From Acanthaster planci (taxonomy: Eukaryota), in NCBI RefSeq assembly GCF_001949145.1, contig NW_019091358.1, forward strand, positions 2,304,240-2,368,239: DNA of 64,000 bases. Direction: 5' to 3'. Positions within the stretch are counted from its first letter, which is position 1. Every line of letters begins with the position of its first letter. The notes under the pieces are model-generated. The model worked only from the letters and a program-made list of their open reading frames with translations. It did not search any database and was not told the DNA's origin. The position numbers and the translations under genes were made by a program. Positions 1-14,904 of the stretch are shown here, piece after piece.

Positions 1-2524
1 ACTGACTAACTCGAGTTTTTCCACTACACGAGCTACACCTGTACAACTAAAGCAACGATTTAGTTATCTTGCCCAGCTTTACTTAATTATACTATAATTT
101 TTAATTTACGTTATATACTCGTTGACAGTATTAAAAGACAAATACAAGAACTTTGTGGATCGCATTCTGTTGTTTCAGTTAATTAAAAATAACCATTTTG
201 TCTCATCTGGATCCACAACAGGGGAGCACCTCCGACTCTGTGGGATTTGAAGAATTAGATGTGCGTATATAGTGCAAAGGTTGACGTATCTATGAGCAAA
301 ACCTGCTCCAGTTTGAATAACGACACCTAACACCTAGTATACTGGCAATGAAGCCAGCGCTTTATTCCTGATTACCCTGAGACAACACAAACAAGAACAT
401 GAGACAAGCAAACAGGGTCGCATCAGTGGAGTTTAGGAACACGAATACGGAAACATATGTTCTCGACAAAAACGGGTAACAGTTAACCCCAAACCGATGC
501 CGTGGTGCACCCTATCCCTGCTGTGTAAGGGATTTGGCTCAAATCGTGCTCAGCCTGTTTGTATTTGTGTAGACTCGGCAAAGGTGATACTCTCGTGTGC
601 CTGTGGTCGAGGTTCATTTATAGAACAATTTCATGCACTTCGCGTGCTGTTTTGCAGGCAATTGTATTTATGGGTTAGCAGTGTTGGCGTGCTGAAAGTG
701 GAGGGGGGTCTAAATATAATCTGAATTCTCAATTTTGTCCAACCTTATTTCAGTTTATGACTCCTCACCACCCCACCCCCCCCATAAAAGGAGATAAATA
801 CTAAAATCCAAAATGCTACCGGTTCCAATTCCTAAAAAAGAAAAATATGAAAACCACTACCCCGCTAGCTGCACACTTGGAAGTGCTGGTGCTGTTTTGT
901 GATCGCTGTGCTGGTTACATTTCCACAGGGAGATACCTGTTTTGGGGTTTTCTTTTTTAAATACTTTTGATGCAATTCCGCCATTTAGAAAAAAGATCTC
1001 AAGTAAATGTATTTGGTTTTGCCCCACGACTTATAATTATACATGCAATGTATGTCCAGTAAACCGTAGGTTTATGCTAAAATGTGGACTTTAATAGAGC
1101 TGTGGCCTATATTAGTGCAAATGCAGATAGAATTACCAAGGACTCTTCTGTGTGTTTGTAGGGAAATTGCTCATCATGTCCAATTTAGAAGGACAGCAAC
1201 AGCTAATTAAGTGTGGGCCGCTCTCAGCTTACCTTTTTGGGAGCTGTGTGTCCTTCTATCGGCCAGCTGACTAAGCTGTTCAGGGAGGTTCAGCAGTTCA
1301 TTAGCGTCATTTTCCCCAACCGTGATGGCGATTAAGAGCAGATGATCACAGGCTATTGGCTGTGCTTCTCCGCCCCCGGTCTCAGCCTTGTGAAGAAACA
1401 GAACAGGCCATGCATTACATCAAGTAATAATTGGACCGCCTTGTTGCACATCCAATGAAAATTTAATGTGGTCTCTCGCTGCCCTCTCAAAGCTTTAGGC
1501 AAAGAGCAAGAAGCAAGGGATATGCTGGAATTGTTGGTGTACACTGCGGTGTGGGAACTCAACCCACCCTTATCGTATACCTGCCGTGTCCTAGTACCCA
1601 CCGATAGTTTAGTTGGACTCTGAACGAGGCCGTCTTTTGACTGTGAAAAGTTGGTTTGTTGACATTGAGTAGGAATACTGGTCGAAGTTTGACTGAAGTT
1701 GCTGGGGATAATGTCAACAATTATCACAGCCAATAAATAAGCGTTTGAGTAAGCATTAGAGTCTGAGTATACTGTTGGTTTAACCATATTTGCCTTCAGT
1801 TTCAAATATTTGAATATATTTGTGATATTCAGTTACAAGGGATAGATTTTGCAGTTAATTAAAATAATTTGGGACTGTGAAAACGATTTTCATTGCTGCA
1901 GTCTATTTTGTAATCATTTTTATGAGCTTACAACATGTTATATTTACTTGTTTTTTTATTAAACATAATGTTAATTACTCAGTATAAGCAATTGCTGAGT
2001 TCATTAAAATAAAAAACATATTTTGTGTATAAATTACAAGAAATCCTCCGAAATGAAATTACTACGCATATTCTGTCTCCTTGGGAACAGGGGTCCCCAA
2101 ACAGACTAATTATTTATTGTATCGGTCTGCGACTTTTTCAATAACAGTGCTGCACTCTTCACGTGTTAATGATTAAATGTGGAAAATTATTAGCGGACAG
2201 AATTAGAACAGAACAATGTGTTTGACAGGAATTCACCTAAAATTGAGAATATATTCGTCTTGCAAAAACACTACACATTATTCATCAAGTCCCAAAAACA
2301 CAACTCAAATAAGATTTTCGAAATGTTCCATTCGAAAGGGGTTGTAGAAAAACAAAGAAATTTACTTTAGTTTAATGGTGTAGATGACATGTTACACCGA
2401 GAAAATTAAATTAGACTTGTGGGGCCTACCGCCTCGAAATAACAAGCAAGGGATAAACTGCAGGGACACAAGGAGAACAAAGAGTGTAGCAGGAAGAGGG
2501 AGAAGGCGGGAAAAACGAAGACAA

Positions 2525-2771
2525 CACTCTTAAAACAACCTAGTCAACATGTTGACTGATGTTTCTAGTTGTTCAAAATTGACTACGGATGCAGTCAAAC
2601 ACCTACGCTGGCGTTGCAAATCATGCTTTCTGACAAGATTCCTATTCGATGCCTTTGAAATATCAATGAACTGACTAAAAAAATCTAGTTCCAGTTGCAC
2701 CCAGCTGACCCTGAAGAGTCAGTCAAATTTTACTGAATTCTTATCAGATTTGACTGATCCTTTTTAGAGTG
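2525..2771. mobile_element. Non-autonomous CMC (CACTA/EnSpm-Mirage)-like MITE
   Basis: Terminal inverted repeats CACTCTTAAAA (2525) and TTTTTAGAGTG (ends 2771), with AA on both flanks (possible 2-bp TSD). Many internal AGTCAA/TTGACT subterminal repeats, including the perfect palindrome AGTCAACATGTTGACT. Confidence 0.65.
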
Positions 2772-5700
2772 AAAACCAGCCCAGTTTACGTTTGCTATGA
2801 GATGCAGTAATGAAGCAGAGCATTTATGACGCGGATTATGCGAGCCAATCGGTTGTACGCACAGTGAATGATTTCATTACTCCGCCCATAAAATTAATTA
2901 AGGCATTTAATCGAGTATTATAAGATTTCAAATCATTGTACTCATGAAAAACCCATTTCCCACCAGAGTATTCTTCTCTGCACGGAAATACTTGGCGTCA
3001 ACAGCAGCACAAATGTTTTATTTTGATTGTTTTGGGTCAAGTTTCATTTTGCTTTAAGTTGTTGCTTTGATGCCACTGGGCCGTATGTCCTTACCTTTGT
3101 GCGTGGAATGAAAGATGTTTTTTGCTCTCACTATAGTTAAAGAGAAAATCCACCCCGTCTGAGCAACCATGTGATAAACGAAGATTGAATATATACTTCA
3201 GGACACACATTTTTATTGTTTGTATATTGCGTGTTGTTTATTTGAATCTGCCTGAATAAATCAAGAAGAAGTAGAAGAAACCCTGTCGATTGCTTTGTAA
3301 GCTCCTTTATTTCCTTTATGTCAAGTTTAGGATGTACTTTACAGAGTACACAATTGCACAAAATACAAGGGAAAAAATGACATAAAACATACAAACAAAT
3401 AACCGTACAAACAGTGCCGACTAGATTGACCAAAAGAAATGATTTGAAATGTAGGGCTTGTCTGCCACTTTGTTTTTACCAAAGGTCATTTAAACAGAGA
3501 TGTGCAAATGTGAGCCGCTCCAGTTCAAAAAGATGTGTAACACATTGTTCTCGACATCATTCAAGAACAAGCAACCACGTGACACGTGCTGTTCATCAGT
3601 TTCAATTCACTCGTTTTGTTTGGACGAACAAAAATATTTGCAGAAATGTCAATTTATCTGCTTGCTTGCCCTCTGACATGAAGCGAATTTTTTGTAGTTA
3701 TATAATTATTTTAACCTTCGAACACCTGTAATAGGAGCCGTTATTTTGAATCAACCAGTCTTGACTGCCGTTCACGTTCATAACCAAATATGCATAGAAC
3801 TATGGCTCATTTTTCTCCAAAGTGGCTCAATATTATTGTTTTAATTTTTGAGGACATAGTTGTACATTCGGTGGCAACGTCGGTGAGTTGTTGATTCATC
3901 TTATCCGATAAAATAATTTTAAACTATAAGACAATGGACGTGATTGCGTGCCACCACTTGAGAAAATATCTGACAATAGTTTTTACAAGCATCTATACTC
4001 GGAAAATAGTTTTGCCTCCTCTCGGAGGGGTATTTTTCTCAAATTCTTCATTCAAAATGCCTTATTGCACTGTTTCTTTATGAATTTTGTATGTTTATGA
4101 AGCTGTTACAAGAATATTTAATACTTTTACATATTTTTGATAATACAGTATATATCATTTCACCCGCAGACCCGACGGAAAATGAAATCTCGTCTTAATA
4201 AGGCAATTTTGTGGTGTACACTTTTCTCAGAATGTATGAGATAACACACCTTGAGTGGCACACATTACGAAAGGTTATACTCCGACTTGAAACATTAAAA
4301 CACAACAGGCAAACGAAATGGCAGAAAGGTACAGATGTACAGACAATCTAATAAAGGGTGACTTTAAACACTCCTTCCCGCAAAGAGTGGATGTGATTTT
4401 GCAACAATACACTTTTCTCAATGGATAAGAACGGCACAAAGGAACCGGTCCATTCCAGAGATGGTGGTCGCTATGCAAAAGCCTTCCCCGAATCACGAGG
4501 TATAGCAACAGTGTCTTAGTCTGGGGAATTCAAATTGTTACGTTCCTGTGCAATCAGATAACACATTGTACCGGATTTTATTCAAATTTAACTCGCAAGT
4601 GGCTTATTTCAAGCTGGTAATACACCCATTTTGACTGGATGCGTTTTTATATGTGTCTTACACACGTCCGCTGCTCACTATGCACATGATGAAAATGCTC
4701 GACAATCAACGATACCATCTGAATACTGGCGACAACAGGTTTCAAATACTTTTTAATGACCAAAACAAAAAAGACAATAAAAACCCCAGAAAACAGTCAA
4801 ACAGAACTCAAAGAACAACAAACAAAACAAGAAGAGGATACAAGAAGGAACTCATAAACAAGGGGGTGAGCGAAATACAGAGACAAGCACAATGGCTTCC
4901 AAATAGACAGTCACATAATACGAAGGGGTGGTGAAAAAGGGACAGACTAAAAAACAAAGACAAGACTGGAGACAAAGGGACAAAAGTTGAGGGGGACAAA
5001 TAAACAACTTTTCAGAAGTGTTAGCACTTTCATTTCATAAAAAAGGCAACGTGCCCTCCCCCACGCTGGGAACGCAACTGATACTGTAGTGCAAGTTCCT
5101 TCCATAAGTCTAGAGGAGTGAAAAATTGGCCGAACAAAACGCAGAAGTCTTTTAGCAATTCTTTAAAACTTTATTTTCTTTTTTCCCGCTCTACCATCAG
5201 ACTTGGTCGAGGACATATTCCCAGGCATTTTTCTCAGTTGCAGGAAAATGAACTTTATTATTAGCATTTCACGTCAGATTGTAAGCCATGATATACGCTA
5301 CGAGAAAATGACAGAAAACTTCTCGCGATTGACGACTGCTTCGATTAAATGGAGCCCACATGCCTACAGGCTGGCAGCTTAATCGAAGAGGGCACGGCCT
5401 GGTGGAACTCAAAATTATTACAGCTTGTATCCCATGTGTACTTCACGTCGGCAAATCTTCGATTGCCTGATTACCTCTAAAAGGGTCTTTGGTTTAGACT
5501 TACCGTAATATGAGTCGAAGAATTTGAATTTGTGAAACGACAACCGGAGATTGGGACTCACTTGAAATATGTATGGGTCAAACAGGGATAATGTAATAAA
5601 AAGTTGTGTATTTACGTTCGCAGAGGACCCATGGCTTCAAACTCTATTGGTAATGATCTGGAGTATTTCAAATTTATATTCAGGAAACAGCATTTCAGGC

Positions 5701-8700
5701 CAAGCAAGGAATAGAAATAAATGGCGGAAATTATATTCTGCTGTTTAAAAAGATCATGTGAAATCGAAGCAAATATCCTCAAACAGGCTTTGTTGGCCCA
5801 GCACAACCACTGAAGACGTATCAGTGTGCTATAAGTGGGTAATGCACACTCTGTTGGTGCTTGTGACGTACATTTGTGTCAACAAGTGGGAGTGACTGGC
5901 TGGATGATGGACGGGTGATAAAATTAGAAAATCGACTATTCGCTGAAGACAAAAACACATGTCATATTAAAGAGTATCATGACATGGGGTGATATCATAG
6001 TATTGTCTCTTTTCTTTGGTTCACAAATCGGGGGGCTCGATTCTGTGACTCATCCTTTGTTACACACTTGGGTATGTAGCCCCTGCCTAAAGATCTATGC
6101 AATGTTCGAAACCAGGAAACAACTTTTGATAACAATAGAGATCAGTTTAATAACCATGCTGGTAATACAGAGAGGTTCGACGTATTTTAAGCCAGGATCT
6201 CCCAACCAGTGATGACGGCCAATTACCGTATGATTTTCATTATATTACAAAAAGTGTGATGTAACTTCAACATCCACGGAATCCATATAAAGTGCGCGGT
6301 GTGGATATTGAGCCAGATTTAGTGGTTTTGAGGGCATTTATCAAACATCAGTTTAACACCACATGTTTTGCATAATATATGCAGTTTTGATTAGGGTTTA
6401 GGCGGAACTGTGTATGTGAGTTTGAGTATCGAATGCTATTTGTTAACAATTTGCTACGGTAAAGAATATTCAATGAAGTAAAGAAAGAAACAAATATAAT
6501 TGATGTTATTTTATCATTTAGTTCTTTTTTGCATTATTCACCATACTTTACAGGACTGAAACGGTGGAACTGAAATGTCGACCAGGATCTATCCCTCCGG
6601 GTTACCGTGAAGGTCAACACGGGTTCACTAGAGTCGTTCGTTTCCAAGAGCAAAGCATTTTGTGATCTAGCGAATACATCAAATCCAGAGTCAGACTATT
6701 CCATTTTAAAGAGCATCGTGAAAACCAGCCAGTAGGCGAACTGACACATATGCGCCAGAGATTGAAAGGCAGTCGCTGGATGCCTGCACTTTCTATCAAG
6801 AGGAGGAAAAACCTCACAGGTATCAAATTCTCAGATCAACATCACCCCTCCCGTTGGTTCAGAGCAAACACACAGCCGGCTGTTACAGAATGCACAAAGA
6901 AGGCTAGTGACGAAGGGACTGCGTGGAAAGGAATCATCTTAAAACCCTACATGAATAGCCTGCTACAAATAATACCGGAGTTGGGCTCTGCGTCACAACA
7001 GTAATGCCCAATGCCCAGTGGTGCTTACATCGCACTTTTTCTTTTGAACGGGGTGACTTGGACCCAACAGGCGTAACTTTTGCCTTTCTCTGTTCTGTTG
7101 AAAGGCTTTTCTGTTTTTCTGTTTATTTTCCAAAATTGCTCAAAATTGTCGAAATTAAAGTCGTGCACTCGGGTTTATAATTAAATAAACAAATGAATGA
7201 AGTTATATCTGCGAGATATTGGCTGCTATCCTGAGTGTCTAGTCGTTATACAAGCAGGTTGTGGAACACCTACCTGTGTGTTGGACTTTGGTTACATTTT
7301 CAATCATATCACGAGTAGCGAAGCACGGAAGCAAAACTTAATTGTATTTAGAATGACTGGTCGGACCGTTTTGTGTATTGTAAACTCAGCTGAGGTGGAA
7401 AGTTGTGGCCGACACATGTAAAGAGTTGTAGTTAGACAAAGGAAAGAGCCGGATTTCGTTGCTGGCAGCATTTTTTTCCGTTTAGGAATACTACCATCTT
7501 TCTTTAGGGGTTAAATTATTTTAAAGAGATTGCAAATAATTGCCAAACTTCATACAAAACAAAAGGCTACTCCTTATTCAGAACCTAATAGGCCACTGAG
7601 CATCACCCAAGGGCTGGGGCTCCTTTCGTCTGCAAATGACATTGATTAATAACCAGCAACGATTTGTAAATGTGATACACAAGAGAAACCAATGTAAAAT
7701 GTTATAGTACACAAAATTTATGAGGCAAAGAGAAGACAAAATTCACTCGATGTGAACTGTTTGGCAAGTGGTCTGAAATGACATCGACAGGCATAGAGAC
7801 AGTGTTAAGATTTTAATCAGATGTTTCTTAACTACCCAGATAAAGGTCATAACATAGTTTTCTGTCAGTGAATAATTTCAAATAGCGAATGAATAGATGT
7901 AACTATTCTCTGAAGTATCGCGCAAAGTCTAACAATATAGTGGAAATGCTTTCGAGAGAAACAAAACTTACTGTCATAAAATACTGGAAATGAAACTGGA
8001 CTTCTTTACCTCGAAGTCAGAGTAAGTGAAAGTCGAATTGCTGTAACTTAAAATGGTAGTATTTAATTTATCGACCAAGAAAGACACAGATACTAAGTAC
8101 GGTTTTCAGAGGGGAATTACATGAGGGGCTAGTTTGATCTCCTCTATTGGTGTTTTTTTTTTCAAGCAATGTGGTTATCCTTTTGATTAATGAAATACCG
8201 TTTCCATTGAAGGTTCATTTCAGAATGGTTTCCCATCTAATACTTGTGTATTTGACAGTTTAATGTTTCGAATACTTTTGGCGAACCATTTTATGGTGAT
8301 ATACTTTGTAGAAAAAATAAAACTCGGTTCTTATAACGACACTTCCCGCCAATGGATCTTCCTTTTTCTGTGAAGTTGTTCTTTCAGAACCGATTTCCTT
8401 AACATTTAAACTTTAATTTTGGTTTAGGGTTTCCGTTTGTGCTTGTTTATCTTCGAAATGTCTCTTCTCTTTGGTTTGTTTGGTGTTTCATGTGCGTTTT
8501 AGATTTTTCGTATTTATTTTGAATGTTTCATGCACTTGACTTTGGGGGTTGTTTTGTTTTGTTTTTAGGTTGGAATAAGTTTATTTTTAAAGCAACGAAG
8601 TCGCACAACTCTGCTATTGTCTATGGAAAAGTTTGTCTTTGCTAAAGGTCAGCTGTAGTAGGATTCTTACATTTAAATTAAATTAAAGTTCCATAACAAG

Positions 8701-11700
8701 TGACTAACTCTGTCATTAGAGTTATCGAAATTATTTTTTATTATCTTATTAATTGAATTTTTTTGTAAATCAACCCTATTCAAACTGATGAGGGTTAGAT
8801 TAAATTTTAGCAGCATCCAGAGGTTTGCTTCTTCGAAGTGCCCTGGTGACATTTTCCTGACCATGGACTTCAAAATAAGAGTCGCTGGAAGTTGCCTGAC
8901 CTATTCTGTTGTACAATTTTCATCTGTTACTTCACTACCTATCTTACAATCTTCCAATAAGCAGACAACACTAGGTCACTTTATGGAAAAGGACAAGTGA
9001 TACGTTTATTCATCCACCAGGGAATATGTGGCACCACAAGAAATGTAATAATACAATGTGTATATACCTATTTACAAGTTACACGCAGTTTGTCTTGATA
9101 CAATAACACACACCTGACATTCAGTTGTGTGCCATTATGCCATGGCATCAAAATTTCAACAGTTCTGAAAGAGTATTAGGCTTCACAGCAGGCCAGCGCA
9201 CTTTCCCCTTGCTGGCATTTTGCTGTTACGAGTCTACAGCCTTTAAATGTCATTAGAATGTCTGTTCAAGTGCAACAATTTACCCTTTTTCGAGACACCT
9301 TATGGTGTGTCACACTCTCTGCAGGATTTCACATCGTTTTCACCCATAATTTCTTGTCTTCTCCCTGGAAAATGACTTGCAACCTTTCCCTTGACATACA
9401 GCAACGTTTTACCTCTCCGTCTCAGCAACAATGCCGTCGTCTCCGATTGCCACTCGCCCTTGTCTTGGACATGTTTCAGCTGTGTGTACACGTTCCCAGA
9501 TCTTTTTATCTCCTCTCTTTGTTCCGCATTTGTCCGTTTCGTAGGGTCCTGAATGTCATATTTTTGAGCTAGAGTATCGCGTGATGCAGTCAGCTGTACA
9601 AGTAGATGCGATGGGGTTACCACCCGATATCTCCCTCATTAGTCTACACTGACCAACCAGGGGCGACTTACAACACTCCCCCCCCCAACCAGCACGCCAC
9701 CTTAATTCTCCAGCTGGTATGCGAAAACAATATAAGAACCCGTCTAATCAAGACAGGGATTTTTGACCTTTTATTAATTCCACTTTTGTGTACTCCAAAT
9801 GCAAATGTTTAGTGAATTGACTTATAAAGGTCAGGGTGAAGTCTTAATCGGCTAAGTTGTTGAAAATGCACCAGTAATAAGTTCATAAATGTGAAAAAAA
9901 CAAACAAAAAACCTCTCACTGTAGCAGAAAGTACACTGAAAATACATTTTCATTGTAAGATGTGTGTGGAGATTCAAAACTTATGATGACATGATTTCTT
10001 TGGTTAAAAGCAAATGACAGAATATAATTTAGCTTAACAGTATTTAATTTAAATTTTCCCTTCACTTGTTACTTAATCCAACTCTTGCTTCCTAAGGCAG
10101 TAGGCCAAATTCAGTAAATGCTCTAAAATGTCAAATGAAACTGCCATGAGCAAAGGGCAAACTTATACATGCAACTGGTCTTCACCTTTGAAAATTGCAG
10201 CGCCACCTATAGGATAATCTTGAATTAAGTTGACGACTTGATACAGGCAAGATAACATAATCATATCAACAACATAAATATTAAGTGTGTTGCAGCCTTA
10301 GTAGGTGTACACTGAATGTCCCGTTACATCAGGTATTTTTAAACACATAGGCCTAATACAAATATTTCAAGCCAAAAGTGGTTGTAAAAGGTATAACCCA
10401 TTCAGCTTTCTTATTAGGAAGTTTTAGCAATGACTTAAACGCTTATCTTTAACCAAACAGGCATGGAATCCATGAACATAAATATCGGCATCAAAGTAGG
10501 CTACTCTTGCCTACAGAAAAGCGCAACCATGATATGCCAGTAAACCTTAGCGATCTCTAGACGAACACCCACGCAGAGAGAATAAGAAGACGAACAAACC
10601 CTGCACACAGTCTGCCGACGGACTTTCCAACTGTGAAACGTAACTGGTTGCGAAATGCATATCTTCTCAAATGGGATAGCTCCGACAGAAATGCAATAGG
10701 TCACAATGGGGCCTGTCACAACAAAATCAATATGCCTAGGTGACCAAAATGTACAATTTTTAGCATTTTGATACTTTGCAATTGATATCCACTTGGACGG
10801 ATTATTGGCCTGCTAAACGTCGGTTCAAATTTCATTCGCTTCCCGTATTTTTCTTTGGCCTGTTACTGCAGGGAAAAAGATGCTTAATGGAAGTCTCTCA
10901 TAAAAAAAATTCGGGCCAGGACCGCAGTTTGATCCAAGTGAATACATCGTTTGCGGGTACCCTTTTACAACTTAAACAACTTGAAGTACCTTGTTTAAAA
11001 ACATGATAAATCTATATAGTGGGTAGGAACAAGGCAACAGGAAAGAATTGCTAATGACTGAACATCCAACACAATAATCTTACTCCTTGGTCTCACCAAA
11101 TCCTTATAGGGACCATCCCGAAACTCGTGCCGGACAAGTCGTGGACGATTTGTCGCCGATGAGTGAATGGTTGTTTATATTTTGCCTCTGTGCACACAGC
11201 AGGTGGCACCATATAAGTTGTGCTATGACAGTGTTAAATGCTAGTGCAGTGAGTGTGTCCTTGAGTGACCAGCTTTGCTCAAAACCCCAGAGGGGGGACA
11301 TTATGCAAACAAATTAACTGCATTATTGCGGAGAGATTGCGGACAAGATGGTTAAAAATCCCGCAAATTAACCCTCAACAATGTCCACAACCTGTCCTCA
11401 ACTTGACTTGGACGAATGACCTTATTCCCTCCCGCAACAATACGATCACCTTAATTAATACATTCACACACCCACGTCTCATAATACAACAGATGTGCCC
11501 TGACCAGACAGACAGAATTCCGCCATTTTGACAATCATACTTTTGGGTGACACTTTACACCGAAAATGATTCAAATTTTAACTGCATGGGTGAGACTACT
11601 TCATGCGCCTCCATCACTAATGGATAAGTCACCCCTTTCTTAACTCTCTATAAATATTGCCCCAGCCCCAGGGCTCAATATCTCCGATGTCCATCGCTTC

Positions 11701-14700
11701 TGCCTGGCCTGGATTTATGGCTACTAAGGACTGAATTATGGTTTATAAGTTGGCAATAATTTGTGTCGTTAGGAATTCGACCACAGGCTGCCACTAACGG
11801 TTGCCTTTAATTTGAAAACATTTATGCAGTAAGCAGACAGGTAATGGAGCTCGCGTCGTTTGAGCTTGACGCAGTCAACGAGCAACTAACTGATCCATTG
11901 TTAACTCCTCAAGGTGACAACCTACCTCCGAAGGTCTGTGCACAAACGAACCGTGTGCACCCGCTGTGAAATGGATTGATTGGCGAGAGAGATTCGGGTC
12001 GAATGGTTAAGTTACACTGGCAGAGGTACAAGGGGACAACACGTACATGTCTACAGATACAATGCCCTATACTCAACACTCCGTATTACAACGCAACATG
12101 TAACCACTTGAGTATTAGCTTGGTCTTTATAAAGCCGTTATCATTAAAAATAAAAATCTGTATTTACGTCGAAGAAGATTACAGTTTTCTTCACGTGAAT
12201 GGAGATTAACAATAAATAATACACAATGAATCAAGCATGTGCACAGTCTTAAAAATATATTTAATATTATGATGTGCTCGCTGCCACCAGCTCTGGTAAA
12301 TGTCTGTTACATGTAAAATGTAAATGATGCTTATGAATATTAAAAAGCATTCAGGAAGGAAATAGGGAAAAGCGGCCTCTCGAATTTAGTAAGGTGGAAT
12401 AATCAACACTTTTGATCAGTGGGTTGAATGCATTTGGCAACTGTGCCGCACTACGGACCTTAAAATTTGATTACCGTAGCAACCTCAACACTGCATCATA
12501 TTTTTTCTTAGTGTTTACGTTACTGAATCTTGCTTAATGTATGATCATATTGACGTTTTCTCTCTGTGTTCTCTTTTCACGTAGACACCCCCCCTTTGAA
12601 TGAAAAGAAAATTCAAGGCAAAAAACAAAAAGACTTGTTTCTCAGATGTAAACCGAGACAGATGGCAATGTGTGAAAGAGAATATCACGCATAACCTAAA
12701 ATCAGATTTACGGTGTGCAAGTAAGAGAAACGAAACCTTTGGACGTTCCTTATACTCTATGAGCTTCTGTGTCTGCTGGTCCGGAATTTGTCATTATTCT
12801 TTGGGCTGTTATCAACAAATCATGGCCAGGAGCAAATGCCTCACAGATAACGTTTGCGAAGTTTTGTGGTCGGGAAAATGGAGTTTTTCTACACGTAAAC
12901 ATGCAAAGTATATATGCATATCATTTGTATATTTACTATTATATTACATTAAATATGCCCTTAAGTCATTTTCGCCAGGCATGCTCTGGCTTTCGTATTT
13001 ACAGTTGCTCCAACAGCTTTTATCAATTATCAAGAGGTGCCCGTGTCCTGGGTACGTCGAGCAATGTAAAGACGGACACTCAGGCGAAAGTCACGTAGCC
13101 AGCACGGATAGTTTTACCTTTTTTACGCATAAATACACCTGCTCACTTAATTCAAATGAGAGGTCGTATCAGGTACCTTGTTTAAATGGTCGATTCTCCA
13201 TGGCACTGGTCATTGTCAGTTTCACAGGCATTGGAGTGGACCACCCTAACCTAATCTACGGCTGCTGTTTATAATGCTCTAGTATACGCCATTCCACTCA
13301 TACAATCTGTTTGTCAGTCCGTTAGTTGTGTCAGTCTCTTTGTCTTTCTGTCTGTCTGATAAGTCCTTCTTATTGAAATCAAAACACTTATAATCATAAT
13401 CAAATATCATGAATTTGCATTTAACATTACTAAATTCAACGACCACTTTAGAACAAACATACACAAACGCGTGAAAATATACAAGAGAAAACGAACCTAG
13501 ATAAAGGCCTCCTCTTCGAAAAAGATAGCTGACTTTTTAGAAGATACCATTATTTTGCCTAACAAACACGCAGACTGTCAAGCTTCGAAGCTGCAATCGT
13601 CTCAAATTCAAAAAAGGAAAAGTGGTTTTTTTTTCTCTCCCTCTTCAAAAGTCGACTCTGAATGCCCTGAGGCTTATATCTAGCACCGAGCGCCAAATTC
13701 TACGTCAGAAGAATACCCTCTTAAGGCTGTCTTCATTTTGTATTTCTCTCCTGACATCAAGCATTGATTTTACCCGCGCTAGATAATCACCCTTCTATTA
13801 CTCTGAAGTTGTTTCAATTTGACAAAAGCCCCCGAAGCTACAGAGCTGCCACAAACTGGAAAATCTGAGCATCCGGCCAGGATCATTTCCCACTTCAGCC
13901 AGCGTAGATCTTTCGAGTCGTAAACAAGAATGCCAAAAGCACTCCAAGGGTAGACTTGTTAATGGAACACATTTCAAACTTCAGAGATGCTGTCGACTTG
14001 AGAACAAAAACACAAATACATATTGCAATAACACAAGATTAATGTGTACCCACATTCGAATGACGGAAGGCAAATTGGGCGACATCGTTTGGTAAAGCAA
14101 GCTCAATCGTGAGCTTAGTAAGGTCGTGGAATGACGATCTCACCTTTGAGCCATCCAAGATAGCCCTAAAACTAATCTCAAGGGGTTTTGTGCTCAAAGG
14201 CAGTGCAAGCCGTTTATCTGTTGTTCAAAATCCGTTGTTGGTTTAAAATTCCCAGCGTCAAAGCTTCCCTACCTGAAAATACATTCCGCACAGCTAAAAG
14301 TGTGAGGAGAAATTCCTATCACCCCTTTTGCCTATTGGCTTTGGGGGATTTGGTACCGGACTTGAATGGATGTCATTTTGAGCCCCAAACCTTGCGACAA
14401 CACCTATATTTGGCTTGTTGTTAAGGCAATGTGTTTAAGATTTCAAGTCCATTCTTATTCAATGGATCTGGCCATGCAATGGACATGTGTCAGGTTACCA
14501 GGTCTGTCATGGGCAGTCTTATGTTAAGGGCAGAAAGGTGGTTAACTTTCGTATCAATGAGGTAATCTACAGGGTGGCAAATCTGTGTTTCCATGACGGA
14601 CCGTCTTGGCGATTCCAAAAATACATTGACAGGTCCTGGTTAATGGCAAAATGCATCGCACGTGCTCCTCAGCATGCACACTACTATTCCTCATTGCAGT

Positions 14701-14904
14701 AGACCATTGTGAGTTCAGTGACATCGTGAGTGGATCAGCTTATAATAAGCTGCAACGTGTCTATCCTGGTTAGAGCTATTCCACAGGTCTACGGCCATTT
14801 AAAGTATAGCACTGTAGTTTTTTACCCCTAAAGCTCATAGAATGATTTTTTTAACAAACTTTTTGTAAGTCTCTCCTTTGTGGGTATATTTCTAAATTCT
14901 AATT

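Noticed and set aside
1353..1805. 150-aa minus-strand ORF
   Set aside because: Non-ATG start, no recognisable motif and no supporting splice structure in that frame.
6226..6459. Possible pogo/Tigger MITE (TA|CCGTA...TACGG|TA)
   Set aside because: The inverted match is only 5 bp, which is too short to support.
12600..13274. 224-aa + strand ORF (and overlapping 109-aa ORF) after a strong acceptor-like tract ending at 12584
   Set aside because: The composition is unlike a real protein (Cys/aromatic noise, AT-rich low-complexity middle) and there is no domain. It is probably a chance ORF.
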